A DNA stretch of 64,000 nt from Paragordius varius (taxonomy: Eukaryota; Animalia; Nematomorpha): contig OZ176051.1 of the NCBI GenBank assembly GCA_964247055.1, positions 11,098,001 through 11,162,000 of the forward strand, read 5' to 3'. This document shows, one piece after another, positions 48,575 to 62,140 of the stretch (the stretch's first letter is position 1; every line of letters starts with the position of its first letter). A program made the translations under genes and the position numbers. Below the pieces are notes generated by a model. The model made no database searches. It worked only from the letters and a program-made list of their open reading frames with translations, and was not told where the DNA came from.

Positions 48575-51500
48575 TTATATGTTATCGGGTTCAAATAATT
48601 TAGTTAAATCGGGTGCTGTGTTATCATTGCAATTTTCATTCATCATTTTGTTTGTCAAAGTTTCTAAACCTATGTTCGCATCAAAATGACGTGATATACT
48701 TTGAAGCCTTGTTGTCTCAGAATTATTTTTTGTAATAGTTGCCGTTTCAGATTTTATGGTTAGATAAGAGGAATTATGCTATCAAAAAAATTGTTAAAAT
48801 AAATTGTCAGTAATAATTAATATCGTTAATCATTAATACTTATTTGATATTTGAAATTACAATTGCTAAAATTTTGTGTTTTAAATTAAGATAGTTTATC
48901 CTTTTTTTCGGTATTATGTTAAACATAAAAGTTTACAAAATATAGGTAATATTGAATTTTCCAAATAATTTATTTTTAGGGTAAGTTTGAAACGTTCAGG
49001 ATTTAATTTTGAATGTTTATGGGTTAATTTAAGGTGTAAAAACTATTCGGAAAAAACTGAAAATAGGAAAATGCGCTTTAATATTTGAAAAGTCCTTTTA
49101 ACATTTAACATTTTTTTAAAAACAAACCTTAATAGAATTATTGATAGCTTGAGTTGCAGGAGTTTCTCCATGTTGACGTTTTAAATGGTATGGAGAATCA
49201 CGGACTATGTTTCGTGATCCTTTGTGAACCATTTTATTGCGATGACCACCTTTTAGAAAAAAATTTATGTTAAATAAATGGTTCATAATTGGAAATTTAA
49301 AAATATATAAAAAACACAAAATCTTACAAAAGAAAACAAGTTTTAAAAAAAATATTGGGTATAACAATACAAATAGCTTTTCTTGACGCAAAAGCACCAA
49401 AAAAACACATTTTTTTATATAAAAACTTTAATTAATATCAAAATATCTTATACTCACATTAAAACACCAATTAAATAAAAAACAACTTAAATTTAAATAT
49501 ATAAAGTACGATTTTTTCCTTTGGCCTGTTGATGTGAATTCGCCGCTGTATTTGGTTGCGAATTATCATTTTCCATACCATCATCTTGTATACTACTGCC
49601 CGCTTTAGAAGGGGAACTAAGAGTAGGTGTTGTGAACAATAATTCCTTCAAAACATCTCGACGATACTTGAAATTGGTTTGAAGCATATAATTTGGTTTC
49701 ATTAAATTTTCCAAATACGATTGAAACTTATGAGTGGCTATGGCTTCACGTTTTCCACTCATATCGTCTTTAAAAAATAAAATGAAAAAAAAATAAATTT
49801 CCGAAAAATAAAATCTAATTTTTTAAACATTTCTTTTTGATACAACCTACAGTTTTGTTAGCAAAATAAGAAATGATATACATTGGTAATACAAAAACTT
49901 TCATATAATGAGGATACAAAAACATGGATGTTTGATTTTAAATTTTCATAATTATAATGTTAACTATATATGTTTATAAACATTTTGCAGTTAATTTTTT
50001 ATATATTATAAAATTGAATTTTAAAAGTTTTACTGGATATTTTAGCCCATTTTAATTTATTGGTTTATATATCGTTTTTATATTTTTTATGGAAAAAAAA
50101 TATCTGACTATGTATATTTTGCATTTCATGCGGGGTATTTTAGAAATGGAAATAATTAAACATAATCTAAAAATAAATATTTATTATTTTTATAGCTTAG
50201 ACAATAAAATAATTAAAGCCATAAAACACAATTTAAATAGTAATAAATTAACTATTAATCATGAAACGTTTAATTCCGCGAAAACAAATTTAAAAGTTGG
50301 AGAAAATTAATAGGGAGGTTGAAAAAAATAGATTGATTACGTTATTAAATCACCGATCACCTATAGCTTAATAATGTAGTATTTTTATCAGTAATCAGAC
50401 TCGTAAAACAGATTTAGGTAGAAAGTCTTTTGTGACAAAAATCAACATGAAAATTTTTAATGTGAAAAAAATAAGGCAAAAATGACTATTATAACGATAA
50501 ACAAAATTTATATTACCTAAACAATCAACCAGCACTTTTTGACACAAAGTTGAGACTCGATTTCGTATTTGATTTATTAATGCATTTGATTCTTCCGCGG
50601 TCGATATATCTAATAATAATATGAATTGCAAATTTTCATGGATAGTAATGTTAAATAGCTAATATTTTTATAAAAAAAAATACAATTAGATATGACTTTT
50701 TATAATTTTTTTCTTAAAAAAACTATAACCGTAAATTAGAATTTTAAAATAAACTAATTATTTAGGAATCTTATTAGCGTTTCTTGTCATTTGTATTTAC
50801 TATATATTTAAAATGCGATTACATTTTTGGGACTAATTTATTTTTGATATAAACTTCACGATTGTTAGCAAATGAAATATTTTTATTGATAAACACTAAA
50901 TTATCCTAGATCCGTGACTTACTATGGAATGTTAATATGGCATTGACTATCAAAGATACTAATGACTCGGGATTCGTAGGGTAAAAAGCTTGAAGGCAAA
51001 CTAAACAAAGCGCTAAAAGATTCGTATCTACCTGTTCAAGATCTAAATGCAGACCTAAAATATTTGCATAAAAATCGTTTTTTTTGCATATTAGTATTGT
51101 ATTTTTGTTACATATGCAAATTTTAAATATATATTTTGTTTGTATGCTATCGTTTTTTTGTAAGATTTGCATTGTCTTATTTTTATATATTTGTACTATG
51201 CAAAAATCATATTCGTTTGTTACTCGAAATTTTATTGTTTTATGCAAATTATGTTCCCTTGAAAATAGTATATATAAAGGACAAAAAAACCCGAATAAAT
51301 ATCTTTCAAGCTTTACGACTTATACTTTTGTTAGTAATTTTATTGTGCCAAAATGAAAAAAATATTGTGATATAAAAATCTAACTTATATCCTCAGTGGT
51401 AGCGGTATCAAACAATAAAGGTTTGACCGAATAACTCAGAGCTAAGAGACATTTTTCCAATAAGAAATGGCCCACGTATTCATTGTCGAACAATAATGAT

Positions 51501-54500
51501 GTGGTGTTGTTTTGCGACTCATTAGGATTCATCGTATTATTCATTTTATGACATTCGTCAATCTTTCGCCGTATAATCTGCAAACAAACATTTTTTTTCA
51601 AATTAAATCAAAGAATTAATATGTTTATATAAATTTCCTGGGCAAAACCTTTCAATTTTGTATAAATCGGAAAATTATTGATCTATGAAAAGAAACTAGG
51701 ATCTGTTACCCTTTTAAGTAACAGTTTAAATATATCAAAATTTTTTAATTTATGGTATGGCAAAAAGTAATTTATGTTTTCATATTTTAAGGCATGATTG
51801 ATAGGTATCAGTATGCCGTAAGTAAAGACCCAATAAATTACGAAATACAGTATACATTTTAATGGTTGCCTTTTTCACACTATAGTAGGGTAATTCGCAA
51901 CACAGTAGTGTATGATGAGAAAAAACGAGGAAATCATGAATAAACAATTTTTTTCTTTCTTTTTTCCATACACTACTGTGTTGCGAATCGCCCTATGAGT
52001 TGAGCAACCATTAAAATTTATATGTATAACTTTTATATGTTTTTTATTTGCAGCAAATCAAAAAGTTTATCAGCCAGGTTTTTCATACATAATAACACCT
52101 TCCATTGTAAATATTCTTTTGAAAATGTCATCCAAATTAAATTAACAAAAATTATGATGGATTCAGAAAAAAATTACTATTTTATTTTTTTGTTATTCCC
52201 AACCCTTTTATAACAATACTTTTAAGATGAAGGGTTATTTATTAGCGTAAAAGACATTTTACCATTGAATATTTTCGACGCCTTTCCCCCACACACTTTT
52301 TTGATAAAAAATACATAGTTAATACCATAGAGCTCTTGTTTTTTCCATTCTTTAACAAATATTAATACCTATCAAACAAAACTTTGAAAAAGGAAACATA
52401 ACTGCAAATACATAATTTATACTGTCAGTTAAAAATGTTAAAAATTTAGAAATTTACTTTACAATATATATAACATAAGGCTTAATGAATTACCTCAAAA
52501 ACTATCATTTTAGCCAACGATAAAGCTTTGGAATATATAATTTTTTCACGGGCCGTAAGTAGATTGAATATGGTCGGTAAAAGAATATCATGAATTCGCT
52601 ATAAAATGTTAAAATTAAGCATTATACTTATACAGTAAAAGGTATTTTAAGAAAAAATGATTCAGAACTATATACAGGCATTGCATTTTGAAAAGGCGTA
52701 AATATACGCGATATTATATCCCTCTACTTGGAAACATTTGCCATATTAAGAATTTATTCATATTTAGGATCATCGAGCCTGAATAAAAATTTTACAAGTT
52801 ATAACACAAATTAATAAAGAAATTTAAAATGTTTTTAATAAATAGAAGACATACTGCATTGTTAAAAAATCTTTAGGGATGATGTATAGTATTATTAATA
52901 TTTTTATTTACATTAATTAATGTTGTAAAAAAACACAATGAAGAGAAATTATAATAATCTGGTATATATATAAAGTCAATTTGTCTAAAGTAATTATAAC
53001 CGCTAATAGGACATAAATAAAATTTAAGTAATAATAAAAACAATGATCTCATTATATAAAATGGTAATATTATACTTTCAATTAAATAAAATAAAAATTT
53101 CATATTAATTATTTATTATGTCAAGATGTATTTAGGGTTAACTTGCTATTCGACTTTTTTAAAGTAGTATAGATAAATCTCATTCTGATTTCTACCCAAT
53201 AGCTAAAGTCTTATTACAATGCCATTACAAAAAAACTTTTATTTTGATTTTTCTTATTTTCACTTTACTTTATATCATATTTGATCAAAAAATTTTGGAG
53301 ATAAAAATTTTCAGAAAAAATAAATATAAAAAACTTGTTGACTCATGATTGCCTTGCCAATCTGATTCATTTCCACAATATTTTCTGCATTTGGCTTCCT
53401 TACGGTGTTGTTATTATTGGTTTCAGAATAACTGTCTGTAGATAGATATCATTATAATATAGTGTAATGGTATCTAAATTTATCAAAAGTTAAATTACTA
53501 AAAACCTTTCATATCACATTGTCCACAAAAAATGTATATTGTTACAATATATATGTATGAAAAAAATTAATACACCATAAAAAATATTATAATTATGAAA
53601 GTTTATAAAATATTTTTTCAACATTCTACGTATTAAAGCGATAGGCATATAGTTATAGATTAGTCTGTAAAATTTTACCCACAAAATGAACCCATCATTA
53701 AAAGCTTTTTTTAAATACAGTATGGTGCTATGGTATATATTTTATTTTTTGTCTCAAAAATCACCTGGAACAGTGAACAAAAAATGAAGAAAATCTAGCA
53801 TTTCTTTCACAAACGTCCGGACTAAGTATTCATCAATGGCGTTTGCTTCCTCGTTTTTAGGTATATAATACCTACAAAAGAGAATGAATAAAATACCATA
53901 TTATGGTAAAATTTATGTACACTCTAAAGGCAAAAATTATTTAACCTTTCTGAAACAAAATAGTAATTTAATATTAATTAACAAAAGTGTACCAAGCGCC
54001 TGATAGAGTGAAGTAAAAATTGTTTTGTTGATCAATAATTTTCTTTGAGATGTGGATTGGGAACCAAGAGGTAATGTTTGATTCCTTTCATACGCATAAT
54101 CAATACTGTCTTCCTCAATTTTACAGCGTCGTGCCCAGTTAAAAGCACACATTTCAAGCCAGCTACTTAGGCAACATGATGAATTTGTCACCACAAATAA
54201 ATTGTACAATGTAATATCATACATGTTTTTATTGTGATGATGAGATGATAGAGATTTTACCATTGGTTTTAACATATTTGTTATAAAATTTTTGCTGTAA
54301 AACAAAAGTGACATTGGATTAGAAACATATATGTTGGAGGGTATATTCGACGGTATTGCTTCTATTGATGGACCCGATAATAAAGGGCTAAAAATGTTAA
54401 TAATTGCACTAATAGGTTGATTGTATTTAAAAAATGGACCATGTATAAGTCTTAGAGTAATAGGTATTTGATGATTCGTATTACTAAAAGACCATAAGGA

Positions 54501-57500
54501 CACGGACAAAGCAGAAGTCATTTCAACGATTTTACTATCATACTGTTTGGCAAGACGCAAAATCGTTAACATATCCCCGTTTTTTTGAACAAGGGACGTT
54601 ATGATACGAAAACATCGATCCAAATTAACACTAAAAAAACGATTTAAATCGCCCTTGATGGTTGTTTGTATGTCAAGGGTTTTAGGAACTACTAAATTTA
54701 TTGTTGGAAAAGTGTCAATTTCACTATCATTGTCCTCCGTTTCTTGATTAATTCTTAATTCTTCTGGCGATGATGTATCTTGCGGTGTGGAGGAAGACAC
54801 AATGGTAGAATTGTTGATTATGTTACGTTTTTCACTTATTGGTATGTCCATGATTGCGCATGATAAAACTAGCGTAGGACAAGGATTGGTGGTATTCGAA
54901 GCACTCTCAGCCATAATGTATGCCGCATTAAGTGACTGATGTTTTAACCAGCGTATTTTTTCCTTTACCCCCATTGTGTTAGTGGGAATGTGATAAATCT
55001 CATTAGGCATTATAATCGTAGGTCCTAAAAGGGTCATAACGTGCTCCGCAAAAGCTAAAATTACCGGTAAAAGTTGAACGTATGTGTTTGCTATAAATTG
55101 GTCAATCTCCAATTTGGTTAGACTTGATTGTTGATGCATACGAAATTCCTTTTGATTATCATCGACTGATGCAAATACGAATTCATATCGATGTATGATA
55201 GTTTGAAGTGCCAACAAGGAATATCCAAGCTAAAGCAAAAAACATAAAGACGTTTGGGTAACAAAAATTTACTACTTAAATAATGTCAAAGGATGTCGTT
55301 AATACATTATGTATAACTTTTTTTAACAAAATAAATCCAACATTATAAGCAAAATGCATCTCTATATGGTTAGTTAATATGATATTTCATTTAATATATT
55401 AAGAACCAATTAATTTTTTTGATTAACGATATTTTTATACAAATAAATCATCACCAATTAATATATTAACGACAATAAAAATATTTATTATAAAAACAAA
55501 CAATTTGGTTATACTTTGTGATATAAATTGTTAGGATCGTTACGCGTTAAGTTTAGGGTTTCTGGATTTTGATCTAAACCAAAAAAAGTGACAAAAGTCG
55601 GAAAATCGGATAATAGTCCGTCTTTGAGAGATGCTGACCCAAAAAAATTGCAAGGTTCCACCAAAATTTCCTAAGTTTTTTTGGGATTAAATATGAATTT
55701 ATTTTAAAATTAAAAGTAATATTAACGTACCTTTAGCAGGGATAATTTTAAATCTAAATCTTCATATCTTTCATTCCATAACATAATCAATGTTTCCAAA
55801 AGCGTGAATTTGTGTGAATATGATAATTCTGTATTTCTAATACGGATGAAATATAAAGTTGATAAATAAATTAAAGTTTGAACAACTTAAAATTAATTAA
55901 AATGTATTATAGTATATGCATTAAACAATAAATTTAAAAGAAGAATAAATTTTCCTTATAATACCGTACTTATGTGAAATTTCAAGTGATCACATTCAAT
56001 ATTTTCAACAAAGGACATATATATATATATATACACCATTTTCAATTCGAATTCACCCTTATTCAAATTCATTATTAAACAAATAAAATTCATTCCTTGA
56101 ACAATTCAAATTTACCCTAAAATAAATTATGTATTTTTTAAGATTAAAGATTACCTATTTTTTTTTGTTTTAAATTTAAATAATACTGAAAAGATAATAA
56201 ACTATGCCATTAAGATATATTTTATATTAATAATGAGTTATATTAGTTCGAAAATACATAAATTATTTTTAGGGTGAATTCGAATTGTTAAAGGGTGAAT
56301 TTGAACTGTAAATAACCAGTCTGGTTAAATAATATATAATAGTAAAATAATTCTTACTGTTGAAAATTTTGTAAAATTTGTTGTTTTACAAATGGGAAAT
56401 GTGGTATGATGTGTGCTTTATTGTTAGTTACCAATAAGATAAGTAGGGAACAGCAATGACGAATCAATTCTTTCAGGGATAATGATAAGCTGCCATAAAT
56501 GCTACTGTTACTATTGTTATCTATTTTATCCATATTTAAGTTATTTACCATGGTAGGTATTTGAAGGTATCCAAAGATCTACGCATAAAAAAATTGGTTC
56601 TCAAAATCGTTTAAGTGTAAATTGTATTAAAAAAAAATTTTATTATGAAAACCCCAATTACTTATATATATATATATATATACCAATTACAGTTCAAATT
56701 TACCCTTGAACAATTTAAAATCACCCTTGAACAATTTAAATTCACCCTTAAACAAATCAAATTCCCTTAAACAATTCAAATTCACCCTTAAACATTGCCC
56801 TCGAACAATACAAATTCACCCTCGAACATATGTTTATTAATATTAAAAATTATCTTTATTTTATAATATTTTTATAATATAAAATTCTGGTTAAAATTAA
56901 TATAATTCTGAAAAACTAATAAACTATGTCGTAAAAATATATTTCATATTAATGATGAGTTATATTATCTCGAAAACACATTAATGTAAGGTTGCAAAAA
57001 GTTCTGTAATCGTATCGTATATATATAGGAATTATCCAATAATAAAAGCTAACCTTTTCAATCAAGCATTTATATAAGTTGTAACATGTATTTTCCTCCT
57101 GAAAGATGTGAAAGAATGTTTTAAGATTCGATATAGTACTCAATATCATGGATAAAGTCGATATTATATATGAGATTGATTGATAGGGACCAAAATTTTG
57201 ATTCGGATTATTATTGTTTTTTGCAGTTTCAATCAGCGCATTCAAATAAACCTTATCTGCTTCGGTTAGTAATTTATGTAAGAGTGTTTGCAGTGAGGCT
57301 TTTGTCTAAAAATTTGTTTTGTAATTTAATTATATATAATTCTTAAACTTTTCTTGACAATAGTATAATTATAATCTGCAAAGGCCATATAACAAATTCA
57401 AATTCCTAAAGATTTCAATGTATTTAATCAAACTAAGAACATAAACTGCTACATAGTAACCTGGTCAGTATAAAAATTAATTTAATTTTAACATTCGACA

Positions 57501-60500
57501 CTAATTAAATCCGTAATTACTGTCGATGATTAATATAATATAGCTGATAATATAAAATCTCCTAAGGAAAATCTTAAGGAAAGTGAAATAATTGGATCGT
57601 AATGAATATTCTAGGCAAAAAAAATTACTTGCGATGGCAATGCACTGCGGCCTTGGAATGAATTGGTAAAATCAATCTTTTTGTAAATGTATGTAATAAA
57701 AGTTAAAGCTTCCCAACTAACATATTCATCCCCAACAGATGTAATAAATGATCCCTGGATACAGTAAATGGAAATAACTTATTGTAAATATAATTTTTTT
57801 TCAAAATAATTATATAAAATAAATTTCCTGAATCTCTTAAACCAGTGGTTCCCAAAAGGCGGGCGTAGAAAAATCCAAGGGGGGAGGGTGGCGCAAAAAA
57901 TTTTGAGAATTCAATTTAAAAATAAATCTAAAAACAAGGATTAATGAGGATCTTAAGGGCAAATTATCAAAACTTTTCACGATAGGAAAAAATATTTTAA
58001 CGATTGCATATACAAGAATCTTATTTTTATGATTGTTTTAATATTATAATAAATTTTTTATTTTTATCGTTGTTTTTTGGGGTAAGGGAGGGACAATACT
58101 TTTTTTTCAATTTAGTGGGGGGCGTAAACAAAAATTGGGAACCACTGTTTTAAACAATTTGATAATAAAAAACTGGAACCTGTATATTGGTTGAGGATGT
58201 CATTAATTGGCTAAGCTTGGGAGCTAACATACGATCCAAAATGAATGTTAAAACTGTCATGGGGTAAGTTTTTTGTAAATCACCCAAAAATATACGTGCT
58301 TCCTGTTTTAATCCATTATGAAAGGTTTTAAAAGCCGGATTTTCACTTATAACTTCTAAACGAGATTTATCTGATGTCTCTAAAACATTGGGCGAGTATA
58401 AACATTTTCCAACAGTGTAACACCAAATGAAATGTAAAATAAATGATTTTCGACTCTCGCTACCAACTTCAATAAAACATGCATCATTTATTATGTGGCT
58501 TTTCATTTCAAAATTTAGCATCTGTTTATGGTCACGTTCAATTTGACTGATTGCGAATCGGGGTTGTTCAACATACACGGGTAGGAAAGTATTATTCAGA
58601 AATTGTGTTAATGCATTCTGGATACCTTTGCTAAATATATCATACCATTTGGTCATGAGGTAAAGTATATTAGATTCATTATTATTACTATCTTTAATTC
58701 GAATGTGTTTGGCATTTGTTTGCGAAATTTGAGCAAGGGTTTCAGCCCCAAACTCCGTAACATTTTTGGGTAAAAGACCAACAAACATACAACCACCCAA
58801 GTTAGTAATTGATGTTGTATCATTCTCAGAAAATATAGATGCAAAATCTATTTTAAGCTCATCATTATTGGTAATGATATAGCCTTGCTCTAATACGTTT
58901 GTAAATGTCCGTACAATATTTTCGGCTAAGTTCGGTTGTTTTTCAAACACAAATGTCCATGTGACTAGGAATTTGGGTATATCACGTATATTGTGATAAA
59001 CTATATCTTTACTATCAATATTGGCACGTGTAAAAAAAGACGATTGGAAAAAGGTAAAAATTTCAGTCATATACAGGGATAAAATATGTTGGAGAAAATA
59101 TTTGCAAACTTCGTGACACTTGTAAACCTCTTGAGCGAAATCGTTATTTATAAAGTGTGTTAAACAACAATTTTGGGCTGATGATTTGCAGCCGTGTGAT
59201 ATTTGTTGAAAAACGGTTTGATAAGAACATATATCCGTCATAACGGAAAAATATGAAAAGAGTGCAGATAATTGTCCATTTTCAGCCAAAACAGTTAGGA
59301 AGGATGAAACATTCTATTATAAAACATATATTGCAGGTGTAATTATATCAAGAGATAATATTGGATCATTGGATTTCATTCAACATCTATACAAACATGT
59401 AATTTCAATAGTTGCAAAAATATTGATAAAAAATCGTTGGATTTAATTATCATTATAAATTAAACGTTAAATATGAAAATTTAACAAATATTCTAAGAGA
59501 AATTAAGTTTGAATGTAAGACTTTTTATAAATATGAAACGTTTTGATACTTATTTAAAAAAGAAATATAAAAATAGGGTTGAAATTTCAAAAACTTTTGT
59601 AAAAAACGGTTATAAATAGTCAGAGTATTATTTTTGATAATATTAAACCCTAATATATGATGCAGAATTTTTTAATGTAAAAGGATGTAATAATTCTTAA
59701 GGACATATTGAATTGTAGTAGGAGCATCTTTCATTTTTAAAAAAATTAGACTCTATAAAATTCATTCATTTGATATCTGATTTCAATATAAAGCCGCCCC
59801 GTTTAAATTGTTAAACTAAATTTCTAATATCCATATCGATATTAGCGTAAGAATTGTGAAGATTGTACTACCTTATTTAAAACGATTTCCTTTAGAAGGG
59901 ACAGCATCCTTAAACGCTTTTTACTAAGTCCATTTTCTGAAAAAAGCTTGATATATGATTGCGAATCAGGTGTAAAATTGCAAAGACCTGTCGGAAGAAC
60001 ATATTGTGTCAATATTTGTCCCATAGATGTTTGAAGTTGAAAATCAATCGGACTCCCAAAATTATACCAGGTACAAAAAGATTTCAAGGTTTGATAAGCT
60101 CCATTTTCCACTTGATCGATGATATTTGATTGATCAGAATTATTTAGGTTATTGCAAATTTTGAGCAATTTAAACATACATTTATAGATGTGTTCTAAAG
60201 CATCGGCCATCCGCATGTGATATTTATGAGATAAAATATATTGCTTATTAAATCGCTTAAGTGTTTCATTAAGTTGAGAAGCTAATATATATTCAGGATC
60301 ATAAATAGTGTCAGATATTTCCAAAAGTATATTTAAAACAACTTTTAATTTAATTCCATCGGTTTGAATGGAATCATTGGTGTAGTCCAATGACTTGCAC
60401 GTTTCATCTATGTATGTCATAAAAACGGGGTAAAATTTAGCCATATCAATTTGCAAAAAATCGACTAAATTTTTTAAAAATTGTCGTTGAACATTATGCA

Positions 60501-60866
60501 TACTAGGTTCGCTAAATAATTTTAACAAATAACGATTTTTATCAGAAAACAACTATATATTAAATAAATAAATATACCATATTATGCAGCATATAATTTT
60601 TTATTTTAGGTATATGATGATTAAGTTCATTCTTGCGAATAATGTTTGAGATCATATGATATCCATACAATGAAATATCTGACTCGTCTTCATTTTTCAA
60701 TAAATTCTCGATAACCGTTGTTAAATTCGTATCCAAATAGGTTTCTTCTAATATCTAAAACAATCAAATAATAAACAACCTTCGTATATCTTATTCTATC
60801 GGATTGCGGCAATATCGGGTTCGATAAAGCCGATAAAGCATTTTTAATTTGGACTGATCTTTCCAT
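48575..60866 (-). CDS. XPO5: Exportin-5-like karyopherin, about 1833 aa, 19 exons: 60866-60780, 60754-60578, 60552-59872, 59313-58180, 57754-57629, 57305-57054, 56578-56358, 55836-55731, 55670-55515, 55229-53983, 53871-53765, 53435-53335, 52598-52494, 51577-51385, 51054-50923, 50609-50517, 49767-49510, 49249-49128, 48778-48575
   Basis: The phase-consistent chain totals 5502 nt. Colinear blocks resemble recalled XPO5: YVSWEALTF (cf. FVQWEAMTL), LIRHCCSLLI..IIPHF (cf. VRRHACSSII..VLPNF), LLETLIMLWN (cf. LMEALVLISN), IDEYLVRTFVKEMLDF (cf. EEQLVRMLTREVMDL), EMNQIGKAIM (cf. ELTDLGKCLM), KYRRDVLKELL (cf. KRRKDQFKRLI) and C-terminal DLTKLFEP (cf. GLATIFEP). Divergence is high, so some junctions may shift. 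Confidence 0.78.
56036..56313. mobile_element. MITE family A copy in an XPO5 intron
   Basis: Same termini and 21-bp units (GGGTGAATTTGAACTGTAAAT). Confidence 0.7.
56683..56990. mobile_element. MITE family A copy with an expanded left-arm array, XPO5 intron
   Basis: Starts CCAATTACAGTTCAAATT with about 6 degenerate TTCACCCTTGAACAATTYAAA units. The right end is decayed. Confidence 0.65.
57843..58147. mobile_element. hAT (Buster-type) MITE in XPO5 intron 4
   Basis: TIR CAGTGGTTCCCAA and an 8-bp TSD TCTTAAAC/TTTTAAAC with central TA. Confidence 0.85.
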
Positions 60867-61254
60867 ACCACGCGCTTTTTTTGCATTCAAGAAAACAGCA
60901 GTAGTAATATATTAAAATTTCAATGAATAGAGGAAATCAAAATATTTATAAAAGCATTTAAAATTATTTTACGGGGTCTTTATTACAAATTTTGCCATAT
61001 TAAAGCTCTCTCAGCATAGTTATTATTAAAATATTGTATTTATTAATATTATTTTTATATGGTCAATTGTTTTATCATAATTTTGCGATTGGGTTCTTTC
61101 ATAGGTTGAGACTGAATTTAGGGGGTATAAAATAGATTAAGCGTTTATAATTTAGTAAACCCCAGCCAGGTGTTTACGCGGTCTCATTTAGTAGTATAGA
61201 AAAAGGGCAGACCAATGTTTATCACCCTACAAATAAGTAGGATCCGTAAAAAAA

Positions 61255-61269
<15 letters not shown>

Positions 61270-61286
<17 letters not shown>

Positions 61287-62140
61287 CCGAAATCCTTTAT
61301 CAGGGCTTTGCGCAATGATAAGTTAAATATTAATGTTGAACATTGTGGGGCAAATGTAATGAAAGATTCTGTCCGGACTAGTTTTTGGCCAGGTATAAAC
61401 CAGGACATTCAAAATTATGTGGGATCTTGTATGAAATGTCAGTTGAATTGGTTAATAGTAAAGGCAATCCCATGATGAAATTTCCTAAGCGTATATGGGA
61501 ATGGATACATCTAGATATATCCGGTGCTAAAGAAGGGTTTTATTTGTTGGTAACTATCAATAGTAGCTCTAGATCGGTTGAAGAAGAGTTAAAATCTGCA
61601 AACATATTGCATTAGTTAGAAATTCGGTGCGTAAGATAGGGATTTCACGCATGATCTACCGATAATTCATATTTTGCATCAAAAGACTTTGATGATACCT
61701 CACAACAGGCAAACATTAAACATGTCACCCGTGCCTTCTATAATCCAAGAACAAATGGGTTGTTTGAACCTATTTACCTGCTTAGAGACGAACATATGTA
61801 TGGGGTTATCGCTTTGCCTTCAGGGCGTCATTTTTGATAAATATTACCACCCCTTTCTTATCAGTTAGAGGTACACCCTACAACAAGTAAACAAAACATC
61901 ATACACAATCAAATTCTAACATCAAACGTGGAGGTGTAAGTAAATAAAAAATAAAATCAATACCGGGTGGAGAAAAGTTCAATCTTGGAAAGAACTGGGG
62001 TACTCTCGCACATTGTAAAAGTTAGACGGTACTTACGAGTTTAGTGGGTCAACCAATAATCTGAAGGTGGTGAAGAAGCAACGGAAAAGTAAACGATAAA
62101 GGCACCCAGGTAGAAATATAAACTGAAAGGAGAAAGATCC
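61270..62140 (+). mobile_element. Decayed Ty3/gypsy integrase fragment with polypurine tract
   Basis: EHCGANVMKDSVRTSFWPGINQDIQNYVGSCMKCQ and WEWIHLDISG parallel the integrase at 31393-30038. A purine tract GAAAGGAGAAAGA lies near 62125-62137. Confidence 0.75.

Noticed and set aside
53872-53923. Optional 27-nt XPO5 exon (53923-53897) followed by a distal 25-nt intron
   Set aside because: Both inclusion and skipping keep the frame and homology cannot decide. It is not counted as a micro-intron, but it is the key test case for the 5' bias.
57611-57628. Possible 18-nt intron GTAATTTTTTTTGCCTAG in XPO5
   Set aside because: The downstream frame reaches TAA with no GT donor. Splicing 57628 to 57306 gives better XPO5 colinearity.
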